Made by a program: the position numbers and the translations under genes
Source: Candidatus Poribacteria bacterium
GTDB lineage: Bacteria; Poribacteria; WGA-4E; WGA-3G
Assembly: GCA_963665235.2 (NCBI GenBank)
Contig: CAXXLX010000001.1
Location: 2,944,001 to 3,008,000 of the forward strand
Length of the DNA stretch: 64,000 bases
Direction of reading: 5' to 3'
Part shown: positions 19,889-29,505 of the stretch, piece by piece
Numbering within the stretch: the stretch's first letter is position 1
Layout: every line of letters starts with the position of its first letter
The notes under the pieces: model-generated
Told to the model about the DNA's origin: nothing
Database searches by the model: none
Seen by the model: only the letters and a program-made list of their open reading frames with translations

Positions 19889-21376
19889 ATGCCAAAAAAA
19901 CCGAATATCCTTTTTCTTATGACCGACCAGCAGCGATTTGATACAGTGGGCGCGCTTGGAAATTCAACCATCCAGACCCCAGGACTCGATCGAATTGTAC
20001 GAGAGGGTACAAGTTTTACGTCAGCGTATTGTCCATCGCCTGTATGTGTAGCATCCCGTTGCAGTTTCCTATTGGGACAGTGGCCACATGAAACAGGCTG
20101 CACAACTAACCGCGCGATGCCGCAAGAACGGCCTTCGGTGATGGAATTGCTGAACGAGGTAGGATATCAGACGCACGGTATCGGCAAGATGCACTTTACA
20201 CCGCAAGGACGCAAAATGTGGGGGTTTGAAACGCGAGACTTCTCCGAGGAGGGTGCCGGTCCCGACGATTTCACAGAATATCTTGGGGAAAATGGTTATA
20301 CACATGTTGTCGCACCACACGGCGAACGGAGCGAATACTACTACATTCCACAACCTTCACAACTTCCTGCCCGCTTACATCACACACAGTGGGTAGGTGA
20401 TAAAACGCTTCAATTTCTCTCCCAGCGCGATACGAGTCGCCCGTTTTTGTGTTGGAGTAGCTTTATTAAACCGCATCCCCCGTTTGAATCTCCTGTACCG
20501 TGGAATCGGCTCTATCGGACGGTGGAGATGCCGCTCCCGTTTTTACCGCCGGATTATGAGCATCTGCACACCTACTGGCACCGGTACCAAAATCGCTATA
20601 AATACCGGGACCAGGGGCGCGATATGAATCTCCTCCGGACGATGCGTGCTGCTTATTATGCTGCTATCTCCTTTATCGATTATCAGGTCAGTAGAGTTCT
20701 TGATTATCTTGAGTCGGAGGGTGAGCTTGATAATACCTTGATTGTATATACGTCCGACCATGGCGAATTGCTTGGCGATTATGATAGCTACGGAAAACGT
20801 TCTTTTCTTGATGCGGCTGCCCGAATTCCACTGCTTGTCCGCTATCCGGAACGTTTTGCGGCAGATGCGCGGTGTGATACCCCAACGAGTCTTGTCGATG
20901 TGCTGCCGACGAGCTTATGTGCAGCAGGGTTAACACCAAGTTCTGCACATAGCGGCGTTGACCTGGCCGATATTGCCGATGGTAAAACGGAACGGGATGC
21001 AATTATCGGACAATTCTCACAGGAAAGCGTAGGGTTGTATATGCTTTTGACGAATGATTACAAATATATCTACTCCGCTGCTGACCGACAAGAGTGGTTT
21101 TTCAAACGCATCCCCGGCAAACTTGATGAGCGGAGCCTTGCTGGTAATCCCGCGTATGGTAGAATACTGAATACGTATCGACAACGTTTGATTGAATGGT
21201 TCCGCGAGGATGACTATGAGCTGCCGCTTGAAGGCAACAAATGGCGTGAGTTTCCACAGCCGGTTGGACACGAAAATCCGGATGCAGGTCAACTTTTCCA
21301 AGATGGCCGCTCGGTGAGTGACCAGTTTCCGCCAGGGTATTCACCGGGTATTGACCCACTCAGACCGCCCTCTTAG
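19889..21376 (+). CDS. sulfatase
   Basis: KPNILFLMTDQ, CVASR, GKMH, SDHG. Confidence 0.93.
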   Translation: MPKKPNILFLMTDQQRFDTVGALGNSTIQTPGLDRIVREGTSFTSAYCPSPVCVASRCSFLLGQWPHETGCTTNRAMPQERPSVMELLNEVGYQTHGIGKMHFTPQGRKMWGFETRDFSEEGAGPDDFTEYLGENGYTHVVAPHGERSEYYYIPQPSQLPARLHHTQWVGDKTLQFLSQRDTSRPFLCWSSFIKPHPPFESPVPWNRLYRTVEMPLPFLPPDYEHLHTYWHRYQNRYKYRDQGRDMNLLRTMRAAYYAAISFIDYQVSRVLDYLESEGELDNTLIVYTSDHGELLGDYDSYGKRSFLDAAARIPLLVRYPERFAADARCDTPTSLVDVLPTSLCAAGLTPSSAHSGVDLADIADGKTERDAIIGQFSQESVGLYMLLTNDYKYIYSAADRQEWFFKRIPGKLDERSLAGNPAYGRILNTYRQRLIEWFREDDYELPLEGNKWREFPQPVGHENPDAGQLFQDGRSVSDQFPPGYSPGIDPLRPPS

Positions 21377-21409
21377 CGTAAGAGGAGGGAGCTGGTAGAA
21401 ATTGCCGTT

Positions 21410-23818
21410 TCAGCAGAGTTCGCGTAGCTGCGCAACCCGTTCTGTTCCAGCGGGGAGGTATGCTAAAATGAGCCCGTCAATCGGCAAATTCCTGTCCGCT
21501 ACAACGCCTGTGCTGCGTTCAGCAGTTAACCCTTTAGAAAGCAGTAGATAAAAGGTATCCTTTTGCCAGCCAGGGGTAGTATAGAAATTTCCCTGCCCTT
21601 TTGAAATAACGATGTCTGCTGCGAGCAGCGCGTTGGTAAATTCAGGTGTGGTTTGATATAGATTGGTCCCGATTGTCTTTGCACCTGACGAGATGAGCGT
21701 GACACTACCTACTTGTATTGCGGACTGGAGTCGCTGGAATTGCGGGTATTCAACGATTTCATGTAGGTCGGCAAGTGTTACGTCATTGCTAGCGTTATCC
21801 GCTTTTCCGACAATACACACGCGGTGTCCACATTGTATCAACTCCTGAATGAAGGCGATATCAAAGATTATTTCGCCATCGTTGTCAGCAAGCCAGAGCA
21901 GCTGCTGTGGCGGTGCGTCAATAACCTTTTCGCGAAACTGTTCGTAACAATCAATAGCAAAAGGTGTCTCAACTGCTGCGCGGAGGGCATCGGAGAAGTA
22001 GTCGGGGTGTGTTTTCAGCTTCGTGACAACGCGCGCACTGCTGTAATCGATGACGTTCCCCGCGACAACCATCTTCAACCGGGTGAGCCAATTGTCTTCC
22101 CAAAACTGCGGGAGCAGTGTTAGGGCAGTTTGACGCGCCTTCAGTTTATCATAATGGTAAGGATTCGGGTTGCCTGTATGGAGCGTGACCATCTCAAAAA
22201 TAGTGCCCCACAGCTCCTCAGGGGTGAGGGATTCAATGACATAGCTGTTATCCGTTCGCCGCATATCTAGCAACCTCTCCACGGCTGCCCCGGCGAGTTG
22301 TTGTAGCTGCGAATTGCGCGTCGCCCGCGGAATTAACTCGGTGGTGCTATGGGATTGAACGTGTTTCCGCAAGTTTTCCCAATCCGGCAGCTCCCGCTTT
22401 TCGCCAAAGGTGAAAACACCGGGGATATAATCCGATGGAACAATCTGATTGAAAAGTGAGACGGGCACGTCATACGGCGGTTGCGCAAGCGGAACGCCTA
22501 ACGTTCGACGTTCCAACTTAATGCCAGCAGGAAGGACTGTGGAATATACATGAATTTCTGATAACTGAACGGCACTGCCTACTGTCACCGCATCAAACGT
22601 GCAATTTCTGATTGTGCTCCCGGTGGCAATGCCACGCACAGGGGCTGCTAACGGTTCAGGTAACGGATTTGATTCAAACACCGTATCCTTCGCGGAGACA
22701 TCTTGCAGCCCAACTGCATCTCCAACGGTTGTCTTGCCTAATAGTGTGACGTTTTCAAGTCGACAGTAGTTGCCAACCTGAACCTTTTCGCCTATATGCA
22801 CCCTGCCGATGAGATAACAGGCGGTCCCGATTTCTATTTCTGTATCGCCTAACGTTATCTGTGCATCTGGCGCGACCCGAACCCCCTTCCGAGTGAGGGT
22901 TTCTCGTGTCTGGGCAAACAGTGCCGCCTCACCGGATAATACGTTGGACCAGCGATTGACACCGGACAGTACATCTCCACGATAGATAAAGGCGTTTGTT
23001 TTCAACCCGTCCTCATAGCAGGACCGTATCAGATCGACGTGATGAAGTTCGTTATTCCGGTTTGTATGGGGTTGCAGTCGATGTATCCGCGCTAACAATG
23101 CACTTTTCCGTATGAGTGTGATGCCTGTGTTGGTATACGCCTCGCCGTTATGCCACCGGTCCCACATCTCCTGCTGCTCCGACGTTGTCATATCGTACCA
23201 CTCTTTTGTGCCGATAAATTTTCCTTCAGCATCGAAGAAAAGTCCGCCTTTATCTACAACAGTTTCAGGTATTTTGCCACATAGGGTAACGTCTGCCTTG
23301 GAGAGAAAGTGGGAAAGCAGGGTTTGTGCAAAAATAGCCGGTTCCAAGAACGGTTCATCGCCGAATGCCACGCCAATCCATTCTGCGTCAGACTTCTGAA
23401 GGGTTGGCAGTGCTGCTTGTAATGCTCCGCCTGTGCCGTTCATCTCTTCTTGGACGCAGAAAATAGCGTCCGGCCCTAGCAGCTGTACAGCAGATTCCTC
23501 ATTCTCAATACGCGATGCCATCTGTGGATTGATAACAACAATATCGGGCCGGGTGCCGGGGAGATAGCGTCGCGAATGCTGGAGCGTGTTCTGTTCACCG
23601 AACAGAATGTCCAAGGTTTTACTCAAGCGTCCGGTAGGGTCTATGCGTGTGCCTTTGCCTGCAGCGAGGACTACCCATTGTGGTGTGAGGTAGTTTTCAA
23701 GTGTGTCTGTAGGGAGTGTATCGAGAAAATTTTCAAGTGCCGTAGCGTCTACTGAAAGTGCTGCAAGCGTGTCTTCTAGTTTGCAACCGAGGAGATTTTC
23801 AAAGAGATGTGTTTTCAT
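21410..23818 (-). CDS. GlmU-like nucleotidyltransferase + left-handed beta-helix fused to a DUF89/ARMT1-like phosphatase
   Basis: VLAAGKGTR, GTGGA, FGDEP; hexapeptide repeats; AGNVID, LADNDGE, ISKGQGNF. Confidence 0.8.
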   Translation of the reverse strand: MKTHLFENLLGCKLEDTLAALSVDATALENFLDTLPTDTLENYLTPQWVVLAAGKGTRIDPTGRLSKTLDILFGEQNTLQHSRRYLPGTRPDIVVINPQMASRIENEESAVQLLGPDAIFCVQEEMNGTGGALQAALPTLQKSDAEWIGVAFGDEPFLEPAIFAQTLLSHFLSKADVTLCGKIPETVVDKGGLFFDAEGKFIGTKEWYDMTTSEQQEMWDRWHNGEAYTNTGITLIRKSALLARIHRLQPHTNRNNELHHVDLIRSCYEDGLKTNAFIYRGDVLSGVNRWSNVLSGEAALFAQTRETLTRKGVRVAPDAQITLGDTEIEIGTACYLIGRVHIGEKVQVGNYCRLENVTLLGKTTVGDAVGLQDVSAKDTVFESNPLPEPLAAPVRGIATGSTIRNCTFDAVTVGSAVQLSEIHVYSTVLPAGIKLERRTLGVPLAQPPYDVPVSLFNQIVPSDYIPGVFTFGEKRELPDWENLRKHVQSHSTTELIPRATRNSQLQQLAGAAVERLLDMRRTDNSYVIESLTPEELWGTIFEMVTLHTGNPNPYHYDKLKARQTALTLLPQFWEDNWLTRLKMVVAGNVIDYSSARVVTKLKTHPDYFSDALRAAVETPFAIDCYEQFREKVIDAPPQQLLWLADNDGEIIFDIAFIQELIQCGHRVCIVGKADNASNDVTLADLHEIVEYPQFQRLQSAIQVGSVTLISSGAKTIGTNLYQTTPEFTNALLAADIVISKGQGNFYTTPGWQKDTFYLLLSKGLTAERSTGVVADRNLPIDGLILAYLPAGTERVAQLRELC

Positions 23819-23935
23819 TTAATTACCTGTTAATCCTCTATAAACATATCGTTCCTACCAAATCAACGCCATAAGCGCATAAGGAATTTGGCGGGCCTGA
23901 AAACCATTCCGCCGAAGTGCATGGAAATGACTGTA

Positions 23936-24349
23936 TCATTTCAGGAGACGTATAAAACCAGCTTGTTCAAAGTGGTGGTCTGCTGTTAATGCTTCAGTTA
24001 GATCATGCTCTTGCATCACAATGAAGCTAGCAGCGTCGACGAGGCTCCATTGTTTGTCTAGGCGATGTGCAAGCAGCTGCCACGTCTTGTTGTCTAGTGA
24101 CTCGTCTATATGAATAATTTCGACCCAACCAATTGAGCGAATAGTCTCAATATAATTCAGACTCCTTGCGCGAGGCACCCGAAGGCGAATGAATAGGGCG
24201 ACTAGTTCAGCTAGAACGTAATTTGTCGTGACGATGTGCCGGTTGGATTGCTTCCACTGATTTACTAACGTGGCGGCTTCCGCATGATAGGGTTCAGTCT
24301 TAAGAAAAGCATTTGCCCATCCGGAGGTGTCTGCGAAAACCTTATTCAC
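23936..24349 (-). CDS. PIN-domain (VapC-like) toxin
   Basis: VFADTS, NYVLAE, SLVDAAS, LTADHHF. Confidence 0.92.
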   Translation of the reverse strand: MNKVFADTSGWANAFLKTEPYHAEAATLVNQWKQSNRHIVTTNYVLAELVALFIRLRVPRARSLNYIETIRSIGWVEIIHIDESLDNKTWQLLAHRLDKQWSLVDAASFIVMQEHDLTEALTADHHFEQAGFIRLLK

Positions 24350-24800
24350 TGTTATCTCCTTGGCCTTCAGTCAACAGTGCATCTCCGATATAGTCGTCGT
24401 GACGTTCGCCAATGTCTGTTACGTTAGCTTCTAATGTACCTAATAGGGCAAGGAGCGGATCCGGGTTATCCTCGTGTGCTCCTTTAACCACTCGTACTTC
24501 CACCACTGTCCCAATAGGGATGTCGGGCTCACTTATATCATCCGATTTAAGCGTTTCTACCAAGGCAAGAAGCACATCGGTCTCTTGTGTTTCTTTGGGG
24601 CCACCTGTGTTATCTTGTCTATCGTTTAAGGTGAGTTCCGCAGAAGATAGAGCTGCCCGTTTTCCGAATGCCTGCATTTGCTCAACAATTGGCACATAAG
24701 CCCTAAAAGGAAGGTTCACTCCATCAGGAACCGTGTTCAAATATTGCGTTATTGGTGCGGGGACAATTCGCAATTTTTTAACAAAAACTGTCTGTTTCAT
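24342..24800 (-). CDS. putative antitoxin/hypothetical protein
   Basis: Overlaps the vapC start; C-terminal DIGERHDDY typical of PIN-partner antitoxins; RBS GGAGG. Confidence 0.6.
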   Translation of the reverse strand: MKQTVFVKKLRIVPAPITQYLNTVPDGVNLPFRAYVPIVEQMQAFGKRAALSSAELTLNDRQDNTGGPKETQETDVLLALVETLKSDDISEPDIPIGTVVEVRVVKGAHEDNPDPLLALLGTLEANVTDIGERHDDYIGDALLTEGQGDNSE

Positions 24801-24801
24801 T

Positions 24802-25596
24802 TCACTTTCCCTCCAAAATTTTGCCAAGAGATTTTTGACGTATCCATTGAAATCCATCGAACGGTGTAACAAGTGCGATATCAATATCACCTCCAACATT
24901 GGGTATTGTCTGTGCGAACCGTTGGTGAGCAATTGTCGTACGAATTAAAAATTCAGCGTAATCAATCGCATCTTGTAAAGAAAACACCGGATAAGGAGGT
25001 TGACTTTCGGGATTCCTTTCATACAGCTCCCATATTGCTTGCACTACTTCTCGACTCCCCGAAACTGTACATCCTAATTGGTCCATAACCTGGTACTTCA
25101 TGTTTTTGCCTACCAAAATTTCAACTGTTTTGGGTTCAATATCATCATAACCGACGATTTGAAATCCTAGAACTGCTTGATTGTCGGGCAAAACGTCTAT
25201 ATCAATGTTTTCTCGTTTCAATTGCTGTTCGCAAAGATTTTGAATTTTATCACCTATATTTTGGGCAATCGCGGTAACCCCCTCAGAAGATATCGACTCT
25301 AATTTTTGCTGCAATAAACGCATTATGAAGTAAACAGATTTATTGGCAATTAGACCTGCACCAAATATTCCTATACCAAATTTCCCCAAAAATGGAAAAA
25401 CCTTTTGTGCATAAGAAAAAGTTGCCCCGGGTAATGGGAAAATTGGAGATTTTGATTGGATTTCATGCTGATGATTGCAAGATGGACAAGTCACATCAAA
25501 TGTTGTCTCAAATTGGCCTCCTGCCATCAATGTTGATAGACTATCCGCTGCAATCACAATGCCATCCGGAATCCTAAGCGAAACAATAAGCGTCAT
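24802..25596 (-). CDS. proteasome-beta/Ntn-hydrolase-like protein
   Basis: N-terminal MT(LIV)...DGIVIAADS; C-terminal VGGDIDIALVT. Confidence 0.75.
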   Translation of the reverse strand: MTLIVSLRIPDGIVIAADSLSTLMAGGQFETTFDVTCPSCNHQHEIQSKSPIFPLPGATFSYAQKVFPFLGKFGIGIFGAGLIANKSVYFIMRLLQQKLESISSEGVTAIAQNIGDKIQNLCEQQLKRENIDIDVLPDNQAVLGFQIVGYDDIEPKTVEILVGKNMKYQVMDQLGCTVSGSREVVQAIWELYERNPESQPPYPVFSLQDAIDYAEFLIRTTIAHQRFAQTIPNVGGDIDIALVTPFDGFQWIRQKSLGKILEGK

Positions 25597-25632
25597 ATTT
25601 AATATTTCCTAACCTATATTAAAACGTTTATG

Positions 25633-25949
25633 GTAGAGCCCGTAATTATTTTCACCCTCGGTGGGAACGGCACGGGTTAGGGGACCCAACCCATGTTGTG
25701 TGAGAGCCCTATCACGGTGTGCTCACAGATTTTCGGAATTTACTATAAACAAATAGTGTTCCTGTAAAACAGACAATGTTAAGTATAACACAGTTTGACA
25801 AAACATGGCAAAATTTTTTCTGTGTTTATAGTAGAGCCCATAATTATGTGCACCGGCGGCGAGAACTGCGCGGGTTAGGTTTCCCACCCCCTATCGTGTT
25901 GTATGGGAGCCCTATCACGGTGTGCTCACAGATTTTCGGAATTTACTAT
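25633..25949. repeat. two copies of a ~115-bp MITE-like repeat (25633-25746, 25831-25949)
   Basis: Identical 43-bp core at 25704 and 25907; shared GTAGAGCCC.TAATT start. Confidence 0.8.
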
Positions 25950-25955
25950 GATTTT

Positions 25956-26360
25956 TCAACGTCGAAAAAGGTGGTTTAATGTTGGCAGAAAATCTTGTAG
26001 AAAGGCACCATTTGTCAAGGCACAAACTCCCTCCACTTGACACGCGTCATCGGTGGAAGCCTTGTAATTGACAACTCCATCACCGTGTAGCTCCATCGTC
26101 GTTGTGCCTTCCTCAAGATACCATTTAAAACGTAGACTGCCATATTCAGTCCAACTAAGGTCTGGTATAGGGTTACCGGAATGAAAGAGTATCTCTAGTA
26201 AAAACAAGGCATCATTGCATACCGAATCTGGCGCAGCGGCGACTGCGCTGTCCATGACACAAATTTTCTCTGCCTGCTGGCGGAGCACTGTGAGTTCACG
26301 TTGGATAGAGTGCCGAAATGAACCGCCATCTCTTTTTGGGCTATCAAAGTGTAATTGCAT
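25956..26360 (-). CDS. hypothetical protein
   Basis: RBS GGAGAG; PIPDL...GSL.F.W pattern. Confidence 0.55.
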   Translation of the reverse strand: MQLHFDSPKRDGGSFRHSIQRELTVLRQQAEKICVMDSAVAAAPDSVCNDALFLLEILFHSGNPIPDLSWTEYGSLRFKWYLEEGTTTMELHGDGVVNYKASTDDACQVEGVCALTNGAFLQDFLPTLNHLFRR

Positions 26361-26389
26361 GATGTCTCTCCGATTTGTTGGTTGAGCGG

Positions 26390-26413
26390 GGCGCGCTTTC
26401 AAAGCGCGCCTAC
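26390..26413 (-). repeat. GTAG-type REP palindrome
   Basis: Minus strand GTAGGCGCGCTTTGAAAGCGCGCC. Confidence 0.6.
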
Positions 26414-26429
26414 CTGATATGCCGGGATA

Positions 26430-27254
26430 TTAATCACGTTTTCGCTTGAGTTGTGCCCAGACGGTTGCTAACTTTCCGTTTGCCTCAACGGCAAGTGCCC
26501 CGCTAGCCAAACTCTCAATCTCTTTTTCATCTAATACCCTGTTGTAAAGACGCACATCGTCAATGAGCCCGGGCCATGAATTATTGCCGCCATCTTTAGC
26601 TCCCCTCCCGATGACAAATTTGGAGGCTCCGGTGATTTCACCCTCGGTCGCAGCCGCATTAAACACCGGGGCATCATCAAGCACGCCATCAATATAGAGT
26701 GAAAGCTGTTCTCCGCTACGCCATGCAAAGGCGAGATGTTGCCACTCCGTAGTTTGCACATTGCTTCTACTCTCATAAGGTTGAACACCGCCCGTTGTGG
26801 TAATGGCACCTTTGATAAGATTTGTGCCGCCTTTAACTTCCCAGCTTGCGGCATCGTAGCGTAGGGTAAATATAATATCTCCGCCGCCGGGGTCAATACC
26901 GTGAAAGATACCCCGATCATGGGAAGTTTTATCGGATTTAACCCAAACGGATACGGTAAAAGCGTCAAGTCCATTGATGTACTTTCCACCGTCCGCATCT
27001 TCGGCGGTACTTCCAGCACCATCAAGTTTCAACGCACCTCCAAATCTTCCGTTGTTGGGCTCCCAACTGGCATCGCCGGTGAGTGTTGCGTCGTTGCCGT
27101 TTTTACTTTTATCTGCGGCAGTTTTTCCAGTAGACTCATCAAGCGGCCAGTAGCCAATTAACCCGTCTTGTAAGCCTGCACTTGCGACGGAGGTCAGGTA
27201 AACAGTGACGACGAGCATGAAAAATAAAAATCTAATAGCGTTTTGCATTTGCAA
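26430..27254 (-). CDS. secreted LamG-like domain protein
   Basis: GLIGYWPLDE, WQHLAF, IDDVRLYNR; C-terminal GKLATVWAQLK. Confidence 0.92.
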   Translation of the reverse strand: MQMQNAIRFLFFMLVVTVYLTSVASAGLQDGLIGYWPLDESTGKTAADKSKNGNDATLTGDASWEPNNGRFGGALKLDGAGSTAEDADGGKYINGLDAFTVSVWVKSDKTSHDRGIFHGIDPGGGDIIFTLRYDAASWEVKGGTNLIKGAITTTGGVQPYESRSNVQTTEWQHLAFAWRSGEQLSLYIDGVLDDAPVFNAAATEGEITGASKFVIGRGAKDGGNNSWPGLIDDVRLYNRVLDEKEIESLASGALAVEANGKLATVWAQLKRKRD

Positions 27255-27261
27255 TTCCTCC

Positions 27262-28629
27262 TTATGTTTTTATCAGGTTTCCCGGTTCGGCGGGTGTGTC
27301 TGGTTTACGCGCAGTAGTGGTATACGCAGCATGAGGTTCCAGCCGCTCTTCAAAACGATTATAGAGTATAACGGTGGTGTCGCGGTCTGTTTCATAATGT
27401 GGTGCTGGAAGTCCGAGGCTCTCCATTTCTTGACGCATTTTCCGAGTGCCTTCACTCAAGGCGCGTACGAGAGGTTCACCGTGCTCATCTTTCATGAAGC
27501 GCATCCATTCGACAATTCTCGAGTTCCGCAGGACTGAATTAAGCACCGTATCAGCGAGGCTAAAATGCCGCGGAACTTCTTGAGGGATGCCCCCCGGACT
27601 TTTCACAACGAAGCCGTTTCGATAAGCGATGCAGTGAATCGCCTCAGAGAATCCGTAATCTCTATGAATTACTGCGTTAAGCACTGCTTCATCCACTGCT
27701 AGAAGCGGATATTCGGGACTTTCAATAAATCCGCCGTTAGAACTCCGTCTTATGATAGTTCTAAAAAGAGCAGAATCTCTGAAAAAGGTTCTGAGTGCAC
27801 AGATAATGTTTGGAAGTGGGCCATCAAAATCCTTATCAAAGGTAGTCGCGCCACGATACTTCGATTCCTCAACATCGACCTCAAAACGGACTACCCGGAC
27901 ATAAGCTCCTGGGAGACGTTTACGAGGGTATGCGGCAAAGAAGAGATAGCCAGCTTTGGTGAAGGCGCGTTTTTCATTCTCTATTTGTATGAGGGCACCT
28001 ATGTTCAAAAGTACTTCCTCGGTGCTATAATTGTATTGTGCACCTCTTGCCTCAAGGAACGTTTGCTTGAACTTCTCAACTATCTCTTTATCAAGTTCAT
28101 CGGGATTGTATGGACAGCAGTAAGACATCTCAAAGTCAACGATTCCTTTATCCCGTCTCAATTGCTCGTCATCGATTCGACGGAGTGGAAGACACTGCGC
28201 GCCAAATCTTTTCCATGCCTTTGGAAAATCTGCGAATGTTTCACAAATTGCATTTGGTGTCCACGGTGTGTAAAGAAGATGCAACCGTTTTCCATTTGGA
28301 GCGGGCAGTACTAAATCTTTCACTTGTGTTGCGTGCCCGATTAAATCTCGCGCGCTTTGCAAGAGGTTATTGAGCGTCTGTTCATCAACGTGCTCAGTGC
28401 CTTTAACGGTTCCATCATCAGCGATACCGAGTACTACAAGACCGCCTGCTCTGTTACTGTTCGCAAAGGCAGATATACACTGCTTGATTTTGTCCTTCAA
28501 TGTGTTGATTTGATTTTTAGTGTCAATTCGAACCTCTTTCCGGTCGAAGTGCTGCCCTTCAAAATCAACAGATTGTAAGAAATCCAGATACTGTAGTGGG
28601 TTATCAAAAACCTCTTTTGGGGTTGGCAT
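27262..28629 (-). CDS. Schlafen/AlbA_2 domain + HATPase (RecG C-terminal-like) protein
   Basis: EGQHFDRK, SAFANS..GG.VVLG..DDG, EAVLNAVIHRDY, SPGG, RN. Confidence 0.85.
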   Translation of the reverse strand: MPTPKEVFDNPLQYLDFLQSVDFEGQHFDRKEVRIDTKNQINTLKDKIKQCISAFANSNRAGGLVVLGIADDGTVKGTEHVDEQTLNNLLQSARDLIGHATQVKDLVLPAPNGKRLHLLYTPWTPNAICETFADFPKAWKRFGAQCLPLRRIDDEQLRRDKGIVDFEMSYCCPYNPDELDKEIVEKFKQTFLEARGAQYNYSTEEVLLNIGALIQIENEKRAFTKAGYLFFAAYPRKRLPGAYVRVVRFEVDVEESKYRGATTFDKDFDGPLPNIICALRTFFRDSALFRTIIRRSSNGGFIESPEYPLLAVDEAVLNAVIHRDYGFSEAIHCIAYRNGFVVKSPGGIPQEVPRHFSLADTVLNSVLRNSRIVEWMRFMKDEHGEPLVRALSEGTRKMRQEMESLGLPAPHYETDRDTTVILYNRFEERLEPHAAYTTTARKPDTPAEPGNLIKT

Positions 28630-28651
28630 TTTATGAGTCTCTCTAAGGTAA

Positions 28652-28672
28652 GGGCGGGTCTTAAGCCCGCCC
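28652..28672. repeat. REP-like palindrome/hairpin
   Basis: GGGCGGGTCTTAAGCCCGCCC. Confidence 0.55.
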
Positions 28673-28680
28673 ATCAATTT

Positions 28681-29436
28681 TTAGACGTTACACACATCAT
28701 AAGCGTGCTGCATTGCGTCAAACGGGTCGCCTTTCGGGCTGAACTCGTGTCCTACGTAGAGGTCATAGTCGGTATTTGCGATGGCGCGCATGACAGCGGG
28801 ATAGTAGATTTCCTGCTCGTCATCAAGGTCTCGGCGCCCTGGGTTGCCTGCGGTATGGAAGTGCCCGATATATTCGATATAGTCCGTGATATTACGGATA
28901 AGGTCGCCTTCCATAATCTGCATGTGGTAAATGTCATAGAGCAGCAGTGCGCGGGGTGAACCGACCCCTTTGCACACCTCAACGCCCCATTCTGTCTTAT
29001 CGCACTGATAGTCGGGATGGTTGACTTTGCTGTTGAGCAGTTCAACACAGAGGTTAACCCCTTTTTCCTCGGCGGTTTTTGTGACGCGTGACAAACCTGC
29101 TATTGTGTTATCGCGGCCCTCTTCTTCGGAGCGACCTTCTCGGTTGCCGGAGAAGCATATCAGTCCGGGTATGTCGTTTTCAGCGGCGATGTCGATATTC
29201 TTAAGCAGTTCATCCTCAATTCTGTCGTGATTATCCGGGTCGTTCAGGCCGGAGGGGAGCGATGAATGGCCGACAATAATTGCAACGCGCATTCCGTTAT
29301 CTTGAACGACGGACCAGTGGTCAGCACCGACCATCTCAACAGATCTGTAACCGATTTCGGCGGCTTTTTTTATAACTTCTACCGGGTCTCTGTCCCGCCG
29401 GAAACCGCCAAAACAGATGGATTGATTAATTGGCAT
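28681..29436 (-). CDS. hydroxypyruvate isomerase family (TIM barrel)
   Basis: ELLNS, LYDIYHMQIMEG, HTAGNPGR, GHEF. Confidence 0.9.
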   Translation of the reverse strand: MPINQSICFGGFRRDRDPVEVIKKAAEIGYRSVEMVGADHWSVVQDNGMRVAIIVGHSSLPSGLNDPDNHDRIEDELLKNIDIAAENDIPGLICFSGNREGRSEEEGRDNTIAGLSRVTKTAEEKGVNLCVELLNSKVNHPDYQCDKTEWGVEVCKGVGSPRALLLYDIYHMQIMEGDLIRNITDYIEYIGHFHTAGNPGRRDLDDEQEIYYPAVMRAIANTDYDLYVGHEFSPKGDPFDAMQHAYDVCNV

Positions 29437-29505
29437 AATTATTTTCTCGCTTTTTGTTAAGGGACAGCGACATGCTGTCCCTGATTAAGTAAGGTATAGA
29501 GAGGG

